From the human T2T-CHM13v2.0 reference genome, Homo sapiens: a stretch of 64,000 nucleotides of DNA. The stretch lies in assembly GCF_009914755.1 (NCBI RefSeq), contig NC_060937.1; one strand, given 5' to 3'. This document shows, in pieces, positions 53,330 through 64,000 of this stretch. Position 1 is the first letter of the stretch, and each line of letters starts with the position of its first letter. A program made the translations under genes and the position numbers. The notes under the pieces were generated by a model that had not been told where the DNA came from, searched no databases, and was given only the letters and a program-made list of their open reading frames with translations.

Positions 53330-54035
53330 GAATTCCCGCTTCCAACGAAATCCTCCAAGCTATCCAAATATCCACTTGCAGATTCCACAAAAAGAGTGTT
53401 TCAAAACTGCTCTCTATCAATGGCAAAGTTCAACTCTGTTAGTTGAGGACACATATCACCAACAAGTTTCTGAGAATGCTTCTGTCTATTTTTTATGGGA
53501 AGATATTTCCTTTTTCACCGTAGGCGTCAAGGCGATCGAAATGTCCACTTCCACAAACTACAAAAAGAGTGTTTCAAACCTGCTCTATGAAAGGCCATGT
53601 TCATCTCTATGAGTCGAATGGAAATATCCGAAAGAAATTTCTGGGAATGCTGCTGTCTAGTTTTTATACGAATTCCCGCTTCCAACGAAATCCTCCAAGC
53701 TATCCAAATATCCACTTGCAGATTCCACAAAAAGAGTGTTTCAAAACTGCTCTCTATCAATGGCAAAGTTCAACTCTGTTAGTTGAGGACACATATCACC
53801 AACAAGTTTCTGAGAATGCTTCTGTCTATTTTTTATGGGAAGATATTTCCTTTTTCACCGTAGGCGTCAAGGCGATCGAAATGTCCACTTCCACAAACTA
53901 CAAAAAGAGTGTTTCAAACCTGCTCTATGAAAGGCCATGTTCATCTCTATGAGTCGAATGGAAATATCCGAAAGAAATTTCTGGGAATGCTGCTGTCTAG
54001 TTTTTATACGAATTCCCGCTTCCAACGAAATCCTC
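53330..54035. repeat. Tandem duplication of a 340-bp alphoid dimer (structural HOR variant; makes a 13-mer with the adjacent 11-mer)
   Basis: GGCGATCGAA recurs at 53531 and 53871, 340 bp apart. A hybrid junction TATACGAATTCCCGCTTCCAACGAAATCCTCCAAGC at ~53665-53700 is unique in the window, and the ORF track shows chimeric ORFs there. Confidence 0.93.
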
Positions 54036-57000
54036 AAAGCAATCCAAATATCCACTTGCAGAATCCACAAAAAGAGTGTTTCAAAACTGCTCTATCAATA
54101 GAAAGGTTCAACTCTTTTAGTTGAGTACACACATCACAAACAAGTTTCTGAGAATGCTTCTGTCTGGCTTTTATTGGAAGACGTTTCCTTTTCACCAAAG
54201 GCATCAAAGCGCTCCAAATGTCCACTTCCAGATTCTTCCAAAAGAGTGTTTGAAACGTGCTCAAAGTAAGGGAATGTTCAACTCTGTGACTTGAATGCAG
54301 ATATCACCAAGTAGTTTCTAATAGTGCTTCTGTCTAGATTTTAGATGATGATATTCCCGTTTCCAACGAAATCGTTAGAGCTATCCAAATATCCACTTAC
54401 AGTTTCTACAAAAAGAGTGTTTCCAAACTGCTGCATCAAAAGAAAGGTTCAACTCTGTTAGTTGAGGACACACATCACAAAGAAGTTTGTGAGAATGCTT
54501 CTGTCTAGATTTTGTATGACCATATTCCCTTTTCCAGCGATATCATTAAAGCAATCTAAATATCCATTTGCAGAATCCACAAAAATAGAGTTTCAAAGCT
54601 GCTCTGTAAAAAGAAAGGTTCCACTCTGTTAGCTGAGTACACACATCACAAACTTGTTTCTGAGAATCCTTCTGTCTCGTTTTTATGGGAAGATATTTAC
54701 TTTTTCACCGTAGGCATCAAAGCGCTCCAAATGTCCACATCCAGATACTCCAGAAAGAGTGTTTCAAACCTGCTCTATGAAAGGGAATCTTCAACTCTAT
54801 GAGTTGAATGCAGACATCAGAAAGAAATTTCTGAGAATGCTGCTGTCTACCTTTTATTTGAATTCCCGCTTCCAACGAAATCCTCCAAGCTATCCAAATA
54901 TCCACCTGCATTTTCCACAAAAAGAGCGTTTCAAAACTGCTCTATCAATAGAAATGTTCAACTCCTTTGGCTGGGTACACACATCACAAACAGGTTTCTG
55001 AGAATGCTTCTGTCTAGTTTTTATGGGAAGACATTCCCTTTTTCACCAAAGGCATCAAAGCGCTCCAAATGTCCACTTCCAGACACTACAAAAAGAGTGT
55101 TTCCAACGTGCTCTAAGAAAGCGAATGTTCAACTCTGTGACTTGAATGCAGATATCACAAAGTAGTTTCTGAGAGGGCTTCTGTCTAGATTTTAGATGAT
55201 GATATTCCCGTTTCCAACGAAATCATTAGAGCTATCCAAATATCCACTTACAGTTTCTACAAAAAGAGTGTTTCCAAACTGCTGCATCAAAAGAGAGGTT
55301 CCACTCTGTTAGCTGAGTACACACATCACAAACTTGTTTCTGAGAATCCTTCTGTCTCGTTTTTCTGGGAAGATATTTACTTTTTCACCGTAGGCATCAA
55401 AGCGCTCCAAATGTCCACATCCAGATACTCCAGAAAGAGTGTTTCAAACCTGCTCTATGAAAGGGAATCTTCAACTCTATGAGTTGAATGCAGACATCAG
55501 AAAGAAATTTCTGAGAATGCTGCTGTCTACCTTTTATTTGAATTCCCGCTTCCAACGAAATCCTCCAAGCTATCCAAATATCCACTTGCAGATTCCACAA
55601 AAAGAGTGTTTCAAAACTGCTCTCTATCAATGGCAAAGTTCAACTCTGTTAGTTGAGGACACATATCACCAACAAGTTTCTGAGAATGCTTCTGTCTATT
55701 TTTTATGGGAAGATATTTCCTTTTTCACCGTAGGCGTCAAGGCGATCGAAATGTCCACTTCCACAAACTACAAAAAGAGTGTTTCAAACCTGCTCTATGA
55801 AAGGCCATGTTCATCTCTATGAGTCGAATGGAAATATCCGAAAGAAATTTCTGGGAATGCTGCTGTCTAGTTTTTATACGAATTCCCGCTTCCAACGAAA
55901 TCCTCAAAGCAATCCAAATATCCACTTGCAGAATCCACAAAAAGAGTGTTTCAAAACTGCTCTATCAATAGAAAGGTTCAACTCTTTTAGTTGAGTACAC
56001 ACATCACAAACAAGTTTCTGAGAATGCTTCTGTCTGGCTTTTATTGGAAGACGTTTCCTTTTCACCAAAGGCATCAAAGCGCTCCAAATGTCCACTTCCA
56101 GATTCTTCCAAAAGAGTGTTTGAAACGTGCTCAAAGTAAGGGAATGTTCAACTCTGTGACTTGAATGCAGATATCACCAAGTAGTTTCTAATAGTGCTTC
56201 TGTCTAGATTTTAGATGATGATATTCCCGTTTCCAACGAAATCGTTAGAGCTATCCAAATATCCACTTACAGTTGCTACAAAAACAGTGTTTCCAAACTG
56301 CTGCATCAAAAGAAAGGTTCAACTCTGTTAGTTGAGGACACACGTCACAAAGAAGTTTGTGAGAATGCTTCTGTCTAGATTTTGTATGACGATATTCCCT
56401 TTTCCAACGATATCGTTAAAGCAATCTAAATATCCATTTGCAGAATCCACAAAAATAGAGTTTCAAAGCTGCTCTGTAAAAAGAAAGGTTCCACTCTGTT
56501 AGCTGAGTACACACATCACAAACTTGTTTCTCAGAATCCTTCTGTCTCGTTTTTATGGGAAGATATTTACTTTTTCACCGTAGGCATCAAAGCGCTCCAA
56601 ATGTCCACATCCAGATACTCCAGAAAGAGTGTTTCAAACCTGCTCTATGAAAGGGAATCTTCAACTCTATGAGTTGAATGCAGACATCAGAAAGAAATTT
56701 CTGAGAATGCTGCTGTCTACCTTTTATTTGAATTCCCGCTTCCAACGAAATCCTCCAAGCTATCCAAATATCCACTTGCAGATTCCACAAAAAGAGTGTT
56801 TCAAAACTGCTCTCTATCAATGGCAAAGTTCAACTCTGTTAGTTGAGGACACATATCACCAACAAGTTTCTGAGAATGCTTCTGTCTATTTTTTATGGGA
56901 AGATATTTCCTTTTTCACCGTAGGCGTCAAGGCGATCGAAATGTCCACTTCCACAAACTACAAAAAGAGTGTTTCAAACCTGCTCTATGAAAGGCCATGT

Positions 57001-60000
57001 TCATCTCTATGAGTCGAATGGAAATATCCGAAAGAAATTTCTGGGAATGCTGCTGTCTAGTTTTTATACGAATTCCCGCTTCCAACGAAATCCTCAAAGC
57101 AATCCAAATATCCACTTGCAGAATCCACAAAAAGAGTGTTTCAAAACTGCTCTATCAATAGAAAGGTTCAACTCTTTTAGTTGAGTACACACATCACAAA
57201 CAAGTTTCTGAGAATGCTTCTGTCTGGCTTTTATTGGAAGACGTTTCCTTTTCACCAAAGGCATCAAAGCGCTCCAAATGTCCACTTCCAGATTCTTCCA
57301 AAAGAGTGTTTGAAACGTGCTCAAAGTAAGGGAATGTTCAACTCTGTGACTTGAATGCAGATATCACCAAGTAGTTTCTAATAGTGCTTCTGTCTAGATT
57401 TTAGATGATGATATTCCCGTTTCCAACGAAATCGTTAGAGCTATCCAAATATCCACTTACAGTTGCTACAAAAACAGTGTTTCCAAACTGCTGCATCAAA
57501 AGAAAGGTTCAACTCTGTTAGTTGAGGACACACGTCACAAAGAAGTTTGTGAGAATGCTTCTGTCTAGATTTTGTATGACGATATTCCCTTTTCCAACGA
57601 TATCGTTAAAGCAATCTAAATATCCATTTGCAGAATCCACAAAAATAGAGTTTCAAAGCTGCTCTGTAAAAAGAAAGGTTCCACTCTGTTAGCTGAGTAC
57701 ACACATCACAAACTTGTTTCTCAGAATCCTTCTGTCTCGTTTTTATGGGAAGATATTTACTTTTTCACCGTAGGCATCAAAGCGCTCCAAATGTCCACAT
57801 CCAGATACTCCAGAAAGAGTGTTTCAAACCTGCTCTATGAAAGGGAATCTTCAACTCTATGAGTTGAATGCAGACATCAGAAAGAAATTTCTGAGAATGC
57901 TGCTGTCTACCTTTTATTTGAATTCCCGCTTCCAACGAAATCCTCCAAGCTATCCAAATATCCACTTGCAGATTCCACAAAAAGAGTGTTTCAAAACTGC
58001 TCTCTATCAATGGCAAAGTTCAACTCTGTTAGTTGAGGACACATATCACCAACAAGTTTCTGAGAATGCTTCTGTCTATTTTTTATGGGAAGATATTTCC
58101 TTTTTCACCGTAGGCGTCAAGGCGATCGAAATGTCCACTTCCACAAACTACAAAAAGAGTGTTTCAAACCTGCTCTATGAAAGGCCATGTTCATCTCTAT
58201 GAGTCGAATGGAAATATCCGAAAGAAATTTCTGGGAATGCTGCTGTCTAGTTTTTATACGAATTCCCGCTTCCAACGAAATCCTCAAAGCAATCCAAATA
58301 TCCACTTGCAGAATCCACAAAAAGAGTGTTTCAAAACTGCTCTATCAATAGAAAGGTTCAACTCTTTTAGTTGAGTACACACATCACAAACAAGTTTCTG
58401 AGAATGCTTCTGTCTGGCTTTTATTGGAAGACGTTTCCTTTTCACCAAAGGCATCAAAGCGCTCCAAATGTCCACTTCCAGATTCTTCCAAAAGAGTGTT
58501 TGAAACGTGCTCAAAGTAAGGGAATGTTCAACTCTGTGACTTGAATGCAGATATCACCAAGTAGTTTCTAATAGTGCTTCTGTCTAGATTTTAGATGATG
58601 ATATTCCCGTTTCCAACGAAATCGTTAGAGCTATCCAAATATCCACTTACAGTTTCTACAAAAAGAGTGTTTCCAAACTGCTGCATCAAAAGAAAGGTTC
58701 AACTCTGTTAGTTGAGGACACACATCACAAAGAAGTTTGTGAGAATGCTTCTGTCTAGATTTTGTATGACCATATTCCCTTTTCCAGCGATATCATTAAA
58801 GCAATCTAAATATCCATTTGCAGAATCCACAAAATTAGAGTTTCAAAGCTGCTCTGTAAAAAGAAAGGTTCCACTCTGTTAGCTGAGTACACACATCACA
58901 AACTTGTTTCTCAGAATCCTTCTGTCTCGTTTTTATGGGAAGATATTTACTTTTTCACCGTAGGCATCAAAGCGCTCCAAATGTCCACAACCAGATACTC
59001 CAGAAAGAGTGTTTCAAACCTGCTCTATGAAAGGGAATCTTCAACTCTATGAGCTGAATGCAGACATCAGAAAGAAATTTCTGAGAATGCTGCTGTCTAC
59101 CTTTTATTTGAATTCCCGCTTCCAACGAAATCCTCCAAGCTATCCAAATATCCACTTGCAGATTCCACAAAAAGAGTGTTTCAAAACTGCTCTCTATCAA
59201 TGGCAAAGTTCAACTCTGTTAGTTGAGGACACATATCACCAACAAGTTTCTGAGAATGCTTCTGTCTATTTTTTATGGGAAGATATTTCCTTTTTCACCG
59301 TAGGCGTCAAGGCGATCGAAATGTCCACTTCCACAAACTACAAAAAGAGTGTTTCAAACCTGCTCTATGAAAGGCCATGTTCATCTCTATGAGTCGAATG
59401 GAAATATCCGAAAGAAATTTCTGGGAATGCTGCTGTCTAGTTTTTATACGAATTCCCGCTTCCAACGAAATCCTCAAAGCAATCCAAATATCCACTTGCA
59501 GAATCCACAAAAAGAGTGTTTCAAAACTGCTCTATCAATAGAAAGGTTCAACTCTTTTAGTTGAGTACACACATCACAAACAAGTTTCTGAGAATGCTTC
59601 TGTCTGGCTTTTATTGGAAGACGTTTCCTTTTCACCAAAGGCATCAAAGCGCTCCAAATGTCCACTTCCAGATTCTTCCAAAAGAGTGTTTGAAACGTGC
59701 TCAAAGTAAGGGAATGTTCAACTCTGTGACTTGAATGCAGATATCACCAAGTAGTTTCTAATAGTGCTTCTGTCTAGATTTTAGATGATGATATTCCCGT
59801 TTCCAACGAAATCGTTAGAGCTATCCAAATATCCACTTACAGTTTCTACAAAAAGAGTGTTTCCAAACTGCTGCATCAAAAGAAAGGTTCAACTCTGTTA
59901 GTTGAGGACACACATCACAAAGAAGTTTGTGAGAATGCTTCTGTCTAGATTTTGTATGACCATATTCCCTTTTCCAGCGATATCATTAAAGCAATCTAAA

Positions 60001-63000
60001 TATCCATTTGCAGAATCCACAAAAATAGAGTTTCAAAGCTGCTCTGTAAAAAGAAAGGTTCCACTCTGTTAGCTGAGTACACACATCACAAACTTGTTTC
60101 TGAGAATCCTTCTGTCTCGTTTTTATGGGAAGATATTTACTTTTTCACCGTAGGCATCAAAGCGCTCCAAATGTCCACATCCAGATACTCCAGAAAGAGT
60201 GTTTCAAACCTGCTCTATGAAAGGGAATCTTCAACTCTATGAGTTGAATGCAGACATCAGAAAGAAATTTCTGAGAATGCTGCTGTCTACCTTTTATTTG
60301 AATTCCCGCTTCCAACGAAATCCTCCAAGCTATCCAAATATCCACCTGCATTTTCCACAAAAAGAGCGTTTCAAAACTGCTCTATCAATAGAAATGTTCA
60401 ACTCCTTTGGCTGGGTACACACATCACAAACAAGTTTCTGAGAATGCTTCTGTCTAGTTTTTATGGGAAGACATTCCCTTTTTCACCAAAGGCATCAAAG
60501 CGCTCCAAATGTCCACTTCCAGACACTACAAAAAGAGTGTTTCCAACGTGCTCTAAGAAAGCGAATGTTCAACTCTGTGACTTGAATGCAGATATCACAA
60601 AGTAGTTTCTGAGAGGGCTTCTGTCTAGATTTTAGATGATGATATTCCCGTTTCCAACGAAATCATTAGAGCTATCCAAATATCCACTTACAGTTTCTAC
60701 AAAAAGAGTGTTTCCAAACTGCTGCATCAAAAGAGAGGTTCCACTCTGTTAGCTGAGTACACACATCACAAACTTGTTTCTCAGAATCCTTCTGTCTCGT
60801 TTTTCTGGGAAGATATTTACTTTTTCACCGTAGGCATCAAAGCGCTCCAAATGTCCACATCCAGATACTCCAGAAAGAGTGTTTCAAACCTGCTCTATGA
60901 AAGGGAATCTTCAACTCTATGAGTTGAATGCAGACATCAGAAAGAAATTTCTGAGAATGCTGCTGTCTACCTTTTATTTGAATTCCCGCTTCCAACGAAA
61001 TCCTCCAAGCTATCCAAATATCCACTTGCAGATTCCACAAAAAGAGTGTTTCAAAACTGCTCTCTATCAATGGCAAAGTTCAACTCTGTTAGTTGAGGAC
61101 ACATATCACCAACAAGTTTCTGAGAATGCTTCTGTCTATTTTTTATGGGAAGATATTTCCTTTTTCACCGTAGGCGTCAAGGCGATCGAAATGTCCACTT
61201 CCACAAACTACAAAAAGAGTGTTTCAAACCTGCTCTATGAAAGGCCATGTTCATCTCTATGAGTCGAATGGAAATATCCGAAAGAAATTTCTGGGAATGC
61301 TGCTGTCTAGTTTTTATACGAATTCCCGCTTCCAACGAAATCCTCAAAGCAATCCAAATATCCACTTGCAGAATCCACAAAAAGAGTGTTTCAAAACTGC
61401 TCTATCAATAGAAAGGTTCAACTCTTTTAGTTGAGTACACACATCACAAACAAGTTTCTGAGAATGCTTCTGTCTGGCTTTTATTGGAAGACGTTTCCTT
61501 TTCACCAAAGGCATCAAAGCGCTCCAAATGTCCACTTCCAGATTCTTCCAAAAGAGTGTTTGAAACGTGCTCAAAGTAAGGGAATGTTCAACTCTGTGAC
61601 TTGAATGCAGATATCACCAAGTAGTTTCTAATAGTGCTTCTGTCTAGATTTTAGATGATGATATTCCCGTTTCCAACGAAATCGTTAGAGCTATCCAAAT
61701 ATCCACTTACAGTTTCTACAAAAAGAGTGTTTCCAAACTGCTGCATCAAAAGAAAGGTTCAACTCTGTTAGTTGAGGACACACATCACAAAGAAGTTTGT
61801 GAGAATGCTTCTGTCTAGATTTTGTATGACCATATTCCCTTTTCCAGCGATATCATTAAAGCAATCTAAATATCCATTTGCAGAATCCACAAAAATAGAG
61901 TTTCAAAGCTGCTCTGTAAAAAGAAAGGTTCCACTCTGTTAGCTGAGTACACACATCACAAACTTGTTTCTCAGAATCCTTCTGTCTCGTTTTTATGGGA
62001 AGATATTTACTTTTTCACCGTAGGCATCAAAGCGCTCCAAATGTCCACATCCAGATACTTCAGAAAGAGTGTTTCAAACCTGCTCTATGAAAGGGAATCT
62101 TCAACTCTATGAGTTGAATGCAGACATCAGAAAGAAATTTCTGAGAATGCTGCTGTCTACCTTTTATTTGAACTCCCGCTTCCAACGAAATCCTCCAAGC
62201 TATCCAAATATCCACTTGCATTTTCCACAAAAAGAGTGCTTCAAAACTGCTCTATCAATAAATGTTCAACTCCTTTAGCTGGGTGCACACATCACAAACA
62301 AGTTTCTGAGAATGCTTCTGTCTAGTTTTTATGGGAAGACATTCCCTTTTTCACCAAAGGCATCAAAGCGCTCCAAATGTCCACTTCCAGACACTACAAA
62401 AAGAGTGTTTCCAACGTGCTCTAAGAAAGCGAATGTTCAACTCTGTGACTTGAATGCAGATATCACAAAGTAGTTTCTGAGAGGGCTTCTGTCTAGATTT
62501 TAGATGATGATATTCCCGTTTCCAACGAAATCATTAGAGCTATCCAAATATCCACTTACAGTTTCTACAAAAAGAGTGTTTCCAAACTGCTGCATCAAAA
62601 GAGAGGTTCCACTCTGTTAGCTGAGTACACACATCACAAACTTGTTTCTGAGAATCCTTCTGTGTCGTTTTTATGGGAAGATATTTACTTTTTCACCGTA
62701 GGCATCAAAGCGCTCCAAATGTCCACATCCAGATACTCCAGAAAGAGTGTTTCAAACCTGCTCTATGAAAGGGAATCTTCAACTCTATGAGTTGAATGCA
62801 GACATCAGAAAGAAATTTCTGAGAATGCTGCTGTCTACCTTTTATTTGAATTCCCGCTTCCAACGAAATCCTCCAAGCTATCCAAATATCCACTTGCAGA
62901 TTCCACAAAAAGAGTGTTTCAAAACTGCTCTCTATCAATGGCAAAGTTCAACTCTGTTAGTTGAGGACACATATCACCAACAAGTTTCTGAGAATGCTTC

Positions 63001-64000
63001 TGTCTATTTTTTATGGGAAGATATTTCCTTTTTCACCGTAGGCGTCAAGGCGATCGAAATGTCCACTTCCACAAACTACAAAAAGAGTGTTTCAAACCTG
63101 CTCTACGAAAGGCCATGTTCATCTCTATGAGTCGAATGGAAATATCCGAAAGAAATTTCTGGGAATGCTGCTGTCTAGTTTTTATACGAATTCCCGCTTC
63201 CAACGAAATCCTCAAAGCAATCCAAATATCCACTTGCAGAATCCACAAAAAGAGTGTTTCAAAACTGCTCTATCAATAGAAAGGTTCAACTCTTTTAGTT
63301 GAGTACACACATCACAAACAAGTTTCTGAGAATGCTTCTGTCTGGCTTTTATTGGAAGACGTTTCCTTTTCACCAAAGGCATCAAAGCGCTCCAAATGTC
63401 CACTTCCAGATTCTTCCAAAAGAGTGTTTGAAACGTGCTCAAAGTAAGGGAATGTTCAACTCTGTGACTTGAATGCAGATATCACCAAGTAGTTTCTAAT
63501 AGTGCTTCTGTCTAGATTTTAGATGATGATATTCCCGTTTCCAACGAAATCGTTAGAGCTATCCAAATATCCACTTACAGTTTCTACAAAAAGAGTGTTT
63601 CCAAACTGCTGCATCAAAAGAAAGGTTCAACTCTGTTAGTTGAGGACACACGTCACAAAGAAGTTTGTGAGAATGCTTCTGTCTAGATTTTGTATGACCA
63701 TATTCCCTTTTCCAGCGATATCATTAAAGCAATCTAAATATCCATTTGCAGAATCCACAAAAATAGAGTTTCAAAGCTGCTCTGTAAAAAGAAAGGTTCC
63801 ACTCTGTTAGCTGAGTACACACATCACAAACTTGTTTCTCAGAATCCTTCTGTCTCGTTTTTATGGGAAGATATTTACTTTTTCACCGTAGGCATCAAAG
63901 CGCTCCAAATGTCCACATCCAGATACTCCAGAAAGAGTGTTTCAAACCTGCTCTATGAAAGGGAATCTTCAACTCTATGAGTTGAATGCAGACATCAGAA

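Larger units (their letters stand above)
1..64000 (-). repeat. Centromeric alpha-satellite higher-order repeat array (SF2-like; probably D13Z1/D21Z1 family, 11-mer with 7-mer variant)
   Basis: Continuous ~170-171 bp monomers carry typical alphoid motifs (GAGTGTTTCAAA, TTCTGAGAATGCTTCTGTCT, TCCAAATATCCACTTGCAGA). Near-identical units recur at 1190, 1868 and 1870 bp, and the unit lengths sum exactly to the coordinates (26x1190 + 11x1868 + 6x1870 + 340 = 63048). CENP-B boxes read on the minus strand throughout. The alpha-satellite call is near certain; the chr13/21 assignment is from memory and less sure (about 0.75). Confidence 0.98.

Noticed and set aside
53527-53952. Novel chimeric ORFs (79, 127 and 61 aa)
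   Set aside because: They are by-products of the 340-bp dimer duplication junction.
63013-63279. Unique 88-aa ORF beginning MGRYFLF
   Set aside because: It is created by a single T>C change at 63106 that removes a stop codon in one HOR copy.
39-63442. About 240 short ORFs (61-127 aa) on both strands, e.g. MFQTCSMKG...
   Set aside because: They are translations of satellite monomers repeating with the HOR. Many begin at non-ATG codons, they overlap in several frames, show no recognisable domain, and are broken by random point changes (16410, 26774, 45120, 46380).
1-64000. CRISPR-like appearance of regularly spaced conserved motifs
   Set aside because: Intervening sequences are themselves repeated rather than unique spacers, the period is ~171/340 bp, and there are no cas genes. 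The motifs are CENP-B boxes.
1-64000. Possible L1/Alu insertion, inversion or non-alphoid island
   Set aside because: Unit lengths account for every base up to 63048, the remainder is a partial HOR, and orientation is constant.
1-64000. Assignment to other SF2 arrays that also have 7-mer and 11-mer variants (chr8 D8Z2, chr9 D9Z4)
   Set aside because: Not strictly excluded. The minus-strand sequence AATTCAAATAAAAGGTAGACAGCAGCATTCTCAG and the 680-bp EcoRI unit match my recollection of the chr13/21 family better. An alignment to T2T HOR consensus sequences would decide.
1-64000. Claim that this window is the kinetochore site (CENP-A domain / centromere dip region)
   Set aside because: High homogeneity and dense CENP-B boxes indicate an active-type array, but kinetochore position is epigenetic and cannot be read from sequence.

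Overview
The whole 64 kb window is one uninterrupted, head-to-tail human-type alpha-satellite higher-order repeat (HOR) array with ~170-171 bp monomers. It shows SF2-like alternation of CENP-B-box and pJalpha monomers. The sequence and its EcoRI fragments (340/680/850 bp) resemble the chromosome 13/21 active HOR (D13Z1/D21Z1, alphaRI-680). The prevalence of 7-mers favours chr13, but that assignment is from recognition, not a search. With units phased at GGCGATCGAA, the window holds 26 7-mers (1190 bp), 11 11-mers of 1868 bp (type a), 6 11-mers of 1870 bp (type b), one extra 340-bp dimer and a partial last unit. The order is 7,7,a,7,a,7,b,b,7,a,7,7,a,a,7,7,a,7,7,a,7,7,7,7,b,7,7,b,7,a,7,7,a,7,7,7,a,(2),b,7,7,7,b,a,partial. 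I see no credible gene, RNA gene, transposon insertion or inversion; all ORFs are repeat artefacts. I found no new protein-coding system. The interesting signal is the record of array evolution: a dimer duplication breaking at a CENP-B box, an ~8.3 kb multi-HOR duplication, linkage between SNP haplotype and HOR length with informative exceptions, a haplotype-specific palindrome at a dead CENP-B box, CpG decay, and a mutation cluster at a probable deletion junction. All variants were read by eye and need confirmation by alignment.
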